Below, piece after piece: positions 58,819-64,000 of a stretch of DNA of 64,000 bases (the stretch's first letter is position 1; each line of letters begins with the position of its first letter). The DNA is taken from IMG/VR virus record IMGVR_UViG_3300009692_000017, positions 1 through 64,000 of that record; one strand, given 5' to 3'. The notes beneath the pieces are model-generated. The model was not told the origin of the DNA. It did not search any database and saw only the letters and a program-made list of their open reading frames with translations. The translations under genes and the position numbers were made by a program. This DNA is from a virus (taxonomy: Duplodnaviria; Caudoviricetes).

Positions 58819-60384
58819 ATGATTTTAACAAAAACAGTAACGGTTAGACCTAATTCAAAAACTTTATCTTTTTATAAAAAATTAGGATATGAGTGTACGA
58901 TGTACACTAAATTGATTATTCCTGTTGAACATTTAACAAAAGGTTCACATCAAATAATAGATGTGAAATGTGATTATTGTGGAACTGAAAAAAAATTAGA
59001 TTATAATAGTTATTGGAGAAATACAAAACATTTAACTATTCCATATTCGTGTTCTGAAAAATGTGGAATGGAAAAAAGAAATAAAACTAATTTAAAAAAA
59101 TATGGTTTTGAAAATGTATTTGAAAATGAAGAAATAAAAAATAAAATCAAACTATCTTATATTAATAATTTAGGAGTTGAACATCCATCAAAAAGTATTG
59201 AGATACAAAATAATATAAAGAATACTAATTTAGAGAAATATGGATATACGTGTTCATTATTAAATGAAGATATAAAAGAAAAATATGAAAAAACAAATTT
59301 AGAAAAATATGGTGTAAAAAATCCTTTTCAAAATGAAAAATCTAAAAATACAAAAAAAAATAATATTATTTATAAATACAAAGATAAAGGTTTGATTGAT
59401 ATTCAAAATAAAAAATATATTTTAAAGTGTGATAATGGGCATTTAATATATTTGGATAAAAATATATTTCATAACAGAATAAAATTAAAAACAATTTTAT
59501 GTAACATATGTAATCCTATTGGCGATTATCATAGAAGTGGTTTAGAAACTGGATTAAGCGATTTTATTAAAATGAATTATGATGGTATAATAAAATTGAA
59601 TAAAAAATTTAGTTATCAAGAAATTGATATTTTTTTACCAGAAATAAAATTAGGTTTTGAATTTAATGGCGTCTATTGGCACAATGAATTGTATAAATCA
59701 AATGATTATCATTTGAATAAAACTGAATTTTTTGAAAGTAAAGGAATTAAGTTAATTCATATCTATGAAGATGATTGGTTATATAAACAAGATATAGTTA
59801 AATCTAGAATATTAAATTTTCTCTATAAATCAAATAAAATATTTGCAAGAAAATGCAAAATAAAAGAAATTAATAACAATAAATTAATTAAAGATTTTTT
59901 AGAAAAAAATCATATTCAAGGATTTGTTGGATCCATGTTTAAAATTGGACTTTTTTATAACAATGAACTAGTTTCTTTAATGACCTTTGGACAGTTAAGA
60001 AAATCAATGGGTCAAAAATCAACAGAAGGATCATACGAAATGTTGCGTTTTTGCAACAAATTAAACACTAACGTCGTTGGTGGAGCTAGTCGTTTATTTA
60101 AGTATTTTATTCGAAAATATAAACCAAAAGAAATTACTAGTTACGCTGATAGGAGTTGGTCATCAGGAGAACTATACGAAAAACTCGGTTTTAAATTAGT
60201 CCATAAAACAAAACCAAATTATTATTATGTAATAGACCGAACTAGAAAATATAGATATAATTTCAGAAAAGATAAACTTATAAAAGAAGGATACGATCCA
60301 TCTAAAACTGAACACGAAATAATGCTAGAAAAAAGAATTTTTAGAATATATGATAGTGGTAGTTTAAAATACTCTTTTACTTAA
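58819..60384 (+). CDS. Free-standing homing-endonuclease-like protein, copy 5 (convergent with the gp6-like gene)
   Basis: VKCDYCG, LEKYG repeats, EIDIFLPEIKLGFEFNGVYWH, FARKC, NHIQG, ITSYADRSWS. Confidence 0.75.
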   Translation: MILTKTVTVRPNSKTLSFYKKLGYECTMYTKLIIPVEHLTKGSHQIIDVKCDYCGTEKKLDYNSYWRNTKHLTIPYSCSEKCGMEKRNKTNLKKYGFENVFENEEIKNKIKLSYINNLGVEHPSKSIEIQNNIKNTNLEKYGYTCSLLNEDIKEKYEKTNLEKYGVKNPFQNEKSKNTKKNNIIYKYKDKGLIDIQNKKYILKCDNGHLIYLDKNIFHNRIKLKTILCNICNPIGDYHRSGLETGLSDFIKMNYDGIIKLNKKFSYQEIDIFLPEIKLGFEFNGVYWHNELYKSNDYHLNKTEFFESKGIKLIHIYEDDWLYKQDIVKSRILNFLYKSNKIFARKCKIKEINNNKLIKDFLEKNHIQGFVGSMFKIGLFYNNELVSLMTFGQLRKSMGQKSTEGSYEMLRFCNKLNTNVVGGASRLFKYFIRKYKPKEITSYADRSWSSGELYEKLGFKLVHKTKPNYYYVIDRTRKYRYNFRKDKLIKEGYDPSKTEHEIMLEKRIFRIYDSGSLKYSFT

Positions 60385-62212
60385 TACTTACACCGGTCCA
60401 TATTATATTAATAGTAGAAAGTCCATTTATCGTGGGAATGTCACTATAATATATACCATTTCTATCATACCATCCGCCTCGTAAAATAGCAAATTCATTT
60501 TTATCAGCTACTATATCGCCTTGAACTGGATCTAATCCGAGAGTTTTATTAATGTCGTATCTATCTGGAAATGTCGTAGTTGGTGGTAATAAAGAAGTAT
60601 CGTTTGTATTTGGAACATTTGAATTTTCAACTCTTATATTTCTATCTCTATGATAATCTTCATTTTTTTTACACACAAAATCTAAATTAATACTATCTAC
60701 GTCAGATATTCCGTCTTTTATTTTAGTTATCAAATCAGATTTAACTATCCTATCATATCTATTGTTGTTAACAAAATAATCAGATACGATGGATATTATT
60801 TTATTTCTTATATTGTCTTCAAAATCGGTGTTGAATCTTCTAACATAAATGTTAACTATGTATCTTGATATAATTGGATCTATTATTTTAACATTTGTTG
60901 TCATCGATAGTATTCCCAATAATTTAAGATAGTCTAATACTTTGTTTTTTTCGTTTTCATCTAGATAAAATGCATCAAACGGTATATTGAAATAATTATA
61001 ATCATTTATGAAATAATTTTTTACATCGGGTATCAAATACAAATAAATGATATTATTAGTCACTGTTGGAAAGTATTGTTTTAAATTTTCTATAATTTTA
61101 TCTCTATTTTTTACATTTTGACCAAATGTTTCTGTTATAAATTGATTGATATAGAAATTATTATTTAAATTACTATCATCCAATGTATTATATGCGTTTA
61201 TAAGAGAAAAAAGATTCAATTTTTTTAATTGATAGATGAATTGTTCTGGAGTTGCCAAAACAAAATTACGTGAAACATGTGGTATAACATTTCTTGTGAA
61301 TATTTTATTTTCTTTATTTGAACCAAAAGTTATATCATTTTCGATAAATATGTCAAACAAAGTGTCCATGTCCAATAATTCACCATTACCATCGTAAACT
61401 GAATCAATAAAAGTAAAATCGTTTGCTTTATTATTTAGTATATTTCCGTTTTTACCATCAGATAATAAATATCTGACAGTTATTGTTGATCCTATTTCAG
61501 GAACAAATCCAAAATCGCCTGTTCCAAAATAAATATCCAACCCTCCATTAAAACCAGTCCTAGAATAAAAAGCATATTCAAAAGGTAACATATCATATAA
61601 ATGTGCTTTTGAATTTAATAAAATACCGTTGTAGAAAACAGCGAAATTAAAGTTTTCAATGTTATTTAATCCTGTTACGTTAACACTATATGATTGATTT
61701 TTTACACCTCGTCCGGTAAAACTTGTAATTTCATATTTGCCTTGTATTACATTTAAAGGTATTGTCATATTTGATGTGATATCATATATCACGTATTCCG
61801 AACCAAGGATTATATTATAGTATAAACTGTTTGTCTTATTTTTAATCGCCGTTCTATTATTTATTTTCATTTTACTCCCGCTGATTTGATTGGCGATATC
61901 TATACCAACTTTTAATTTTAAATTAATTGTTCCAGTCGCTGATATGGGTCTTGTTGGATTATGACCACTAATACGGGCTAAATTGTTTATAATTCTTTCG
62001 TCAGTTGCTGAATCTATTGACAATTGATTAACTGAATTTTTGTTATAAATTAAATTATGTAAAAATAATTCCTTATCCAACTTAATAATTTGACCATATG
62101 GTGAAGCTTCTGAAAACAAAATATCTGATTTAGAATAGGTGTTTTGTAACCACGCTTTTATTTGATTGCTGAGTCTATCATATTGCGTTTCTATGAAACT
62201 AAAAATTGGCAT
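60377..62212 (-). CDS. Baseplate wedge subunit (gp6-like)
   Basis: IDSAT...NLARISGHNP.R.ISATG, IYFGTGDFG..P, I.VRYL.SDG..GN, LATPEQF. Confidence 0.85.
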   Translation of the reverse strand: MPIFSFIETQYDRLSNQIKAWLQNTYSKSDILFSEASPYGQIIKLDKELFLHNLIYNKNSVNQLSIDSATDERIINNLARISGHNPTRPISATGTINLKLKVGIDIANQISGSKMKINNRTAIKNKTNSLYYNIILGSEYVIYDITSNMTIPLNVIQGKYEITSFTGRGVKNQSYSVNVTGLNNIENFNFAVFYNGILLNSKAHLYDMLPFEYAFYSRTGFNGGLDIYFGTGDFGFVPEIGSTITVRYLLSDGKNGNILNNKANDFTFIDSVYDGNGELLDMDTLFDIFIENDITFGSNKENKIFTRNVIPHVSRNFVLATPEQFIYQLKKLNLFSLINAYNTLDDSNLNNNFYINQFITETFGQNVKNRDKIIENLKQYFPTVTNNIIYLYLIPDVKNYFINDYNYFNIPFDAFYLDENEKNKVLDYLKLLGILSMTTNVKIIDPIISRYIVNIYVRRFNTDFEDNIRNKIISIVSDYFVNNNRYDRIVKSDLITKIKDGISDVDSINLDFVCKKNEDYHRDRNIRVENSNVPNTNDTSLLPPTTTFPDRYDINKTLGLDPVQGDIVADKNEFAILRGGWYDRNGIYYSDIPTINGLSTINIIWTGVSIK

Positions 62213-62262
62213 GATATTTTTTTATTTTTATATATTAAATTTCACACATTGTAATCAATGAT

Positions 62263-62931
62263 TCATTTTAAAATATTATCTTTCAATGTTTCACCAATTG
62301 TTTGAACCAATGTATCTAATCCGGATTTTTCTATATCTATATTTTTACCGTTTATATTAAAGGTTAAAATGAAGTCATTTTTTCCTTCTTTTTTTATGAA
62401 TAATTCTACTTCTTCTGATGTGTTCACATTTAATACAAAATGAAATGATAAACTTTTACACGGCATCACTTTCATTTTTGGTTCGTATTTAAATCCAGTT
62501 AAAGATATGTCCTTAACGTTTTCTTTATTAAACCAATCATTGACAACAAAAGATGGATGTTTTATGAACTCAGATAATATTTTTATATTATTACCAAATT
62601 CATTATTTTTAATGACATTTTCCCATTGATTTTTAAAATCGTTTATATTATCAATGATTTTCATTTTATATTGACAATTAATATCAAATAAATATTTGAA
62701 GAAATTTTGTCCCTCTTTATTAGGTACAATATATTCTTTTTCTTTATCTACTACAAATAATAATTTTGTATATAATATCACATTTGATTCAGTGAATAAT
62801 CTATTGAAAAATATTATAAGTCTGAGGACACCGTCCTTTTCTTCATAAACCGAATCTGAGAATTGAATTTCACTTCCTCTCATAACATCTTTTATTGCTG
62901 TTTCTATTTCTCTTATTGAAATTTTGGTCAT
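62263..62931 (-). CDS. Hypothetical protein
   Basis: 222-aa ORF. Confidence 0.65.
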   Translation of the reverse strand: MTKISIREIETAIKDVMRGSEIQFSDSVYEEKDGVLRLIIFFNRLFTESNVILYTKLLFVVDKEKEYIVPNKEGQNFFKYLFDINCQYKMKIIDNINDFKNQWENVIKNNEFGNNIKILSEFIKHPSFVVNDWFNKENVKDISLTGFKYEPKMKVMPCKSLSFHFVLNVNTSEEVELFIKKEGKNDFILTFNINGKNIDIEKSGLDTLVQTIGETLKDNILK

Positions 62932-62946
62932 TTTATTTATTTTTTT

Positions 62947-63780
62947 TTAATCTCCCCCATCTAGTTGATTTAGACGTTGCAAAGAATAATTGTAATTGTC
63001 AATATCTTTTTTCTTATTTTTTTTAGAATTTTTAGGTGAAAATAAAAATAGATGATGACTAGTCATAAAGGTGTCATAAATACCAGTATAATCTATTATT
63101 CTTCTTAACCTTATATTATAAATGTTTTCTAATTTATTAGATGTTGCGAATCTATGAAGGGATTTATAATTTCTTATTTCATCTCTTTCGTATCCGGGTT
63201 GTTCATCTTCCCATGTCTCTTCCCCATATGGATCTATATTCACGTAAGTATTTAAAATTTCTTTTGTTTTTTTATCCTTTATGGTACCTGAAAAATCTAT
63301 TAATGTTATATCTTGATAATCTAATATGTTTAAATCTGTTATAATCCCGTCATTTTTAATTTTATCTATAAATGATTTTATATTTCTTCTATCTCCGATA
63401 ATAGCATATATGTGTTGTCTAAAGTTATCATTTCTAAAATCTTCAGATAATTCTCTCATTTTTTTTCTGATTAATTTTCTTCTCGCGATTGGAAAAAATA
63501 TTGTAATAAGTAAATTCATCACACTAAAAGAATTTATTATATAACCGGCTGATGACAAATATTTTTTCCAATCGGGTCCTAAAATTTGAATTAATAATAT
63601 TGAAAAAGCAATAAACATCATTGCGAAAGAACCGTTACACGCCAAAAGATACATTTTTCTTAAAAATTGTTCTTTTTTTTGAAAACTCAAATTTTTCAAA
63701 TATAATTTTATTTTATCTCCAACATCAGAAATTATTCCTTCGTTTAAGAAATCATCATATTTTAATAAATGTTCATCCAT
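62947..63780 (-). CDS. Membrane protein with an internal-protein-like leader and an internal DPYGEETW tag
   Basis: MDEHLLKYDDFLNE|G; two hydrophobic segments; VNIDPYGEETWEDE. Confidence 0.7.
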   Translation of the reverse strand: MDEHLLKYDDFLNEGIISDVGDKIKLYLKNLSFQKKEQFLRKMYLLACNGSFAMMFIAFSILLIQILGPDWKKYLSSAGYIINSFSVMNLLITIFFPIARRKLIRKKMRELSEDFRNDNFRQHIYAIIGDRRNIKSFIDKIKNDGIITDLNILDYQDITLIDFSGTIKDKKTKEILNTYVNIDPYGEETWEDEQPGYERDEIRNYKSLHRFATSNKLENIYNIRLRRIIDYTGIYDTFMTSHHLFLFSPKNSKKNKKKDIDNYNYSLQRLNQLDGGD

Positions 63781-63782
63781 TT

Positions 63783-64000
63783 TTATCTTTTATTTTTTAA
63801 TCCATATTTTCTGTAATTGTCATTATAGTCATTCAGTCCATAATCATATTCACTTTTAATTATCCTTTTTTCTTTATTTTTAATCCCTATAACTATTGAA
63901 TTGTCCAGGAAATCTTTAATATAGTTTATTTTTCTCAATCTAATATTATAATATCTCGATATATTATTTCCCAATCTATCAATTTTCAACACATTCACAT
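63783..64000 (-). CDS. 3' end of an upstream gene, probably a paralog of 62947-63780
   Basis: YYNIRLRKINY...EYDYGL parallels IYNIRLRRIIDY...NYNYSL. Confidence 0.5.
   Translation of the reverse strand, partial: VNVLKIDRLGNNISRYYNIRLRKINYIKDFLDNSIVIGIKNKEKRIIKSEYDYGLNDYNDNYRKYGLKNKR

Noticed and set aside
347-63544. Numerous short antisense ORFs in the track (e.g. 347-550, 1465-1728, 15445-15777, 29001-29297, 36387-36740, 47565-47807)
   Set aside because: They are shadow ORFs opposite well-supported genes and show no independent motifs.
1-64000. Alternative genetic code (TAG/TGA reassignment, as in some large phages)
   Set aside because: Conserved genes are full length and tightly packed under code 11; TGA and TAG occur as plausible stops.
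1-64000. Bacterial chromosome or eukaryotic giant virus origin
   Set aside because: Host-like genes are isolated among T4-like sheath, tube, baseplate and terminase genes; infC lacks its usual rpmI-rplT context.

Overview
This very AT-rich (roughly 25% GC by eye), gene-dense window is best explained as part of a large T4-like (myovirus) jumbo-phage genome that probably infects a Bacteroidota host. Virion genes: tail sheath (gp18-like, with a large insertion), tail tube (gp19-like), baseplate wedge (gp6-like), a gp26/gp51-like hub pair, and the C-terminal half of a large terminase that begins with a split-intein C-fragment. DNA-processing genes: RNase H/FEN-like, RuvC-like and a degenerate gp47/Mre11-like protein. 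Host-like genes: infC, asnS, purN, a hybrid histidine kinase, GH16, an M16 peptidase and a T9SS-CTD protein. There are also two large glycosyltransferases beside Ser/Gly-repeat proteins and seven free-standing homing-endonuclease-like genes. The most notable features are: (1) a ~720-nt structured non-coding locus with a host-type promoter, two boxA-like elements, long closing stems and a terminator; (2) a short acidic tag, (I/V)DP(Y/F)xEExW, carried by six ORFs that are mostly unrelated, many of which also have T4 internal-protein-like N-terminal leaders; (3) an orphan, atypically split terminase intein; (4) a possible self-glycosylation system for virion proteins; and (5) a candidate +1 frameshift joining the gp26- and gp51-like ORFs. 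All calls come from motif recognition by eye; no database searches were run.
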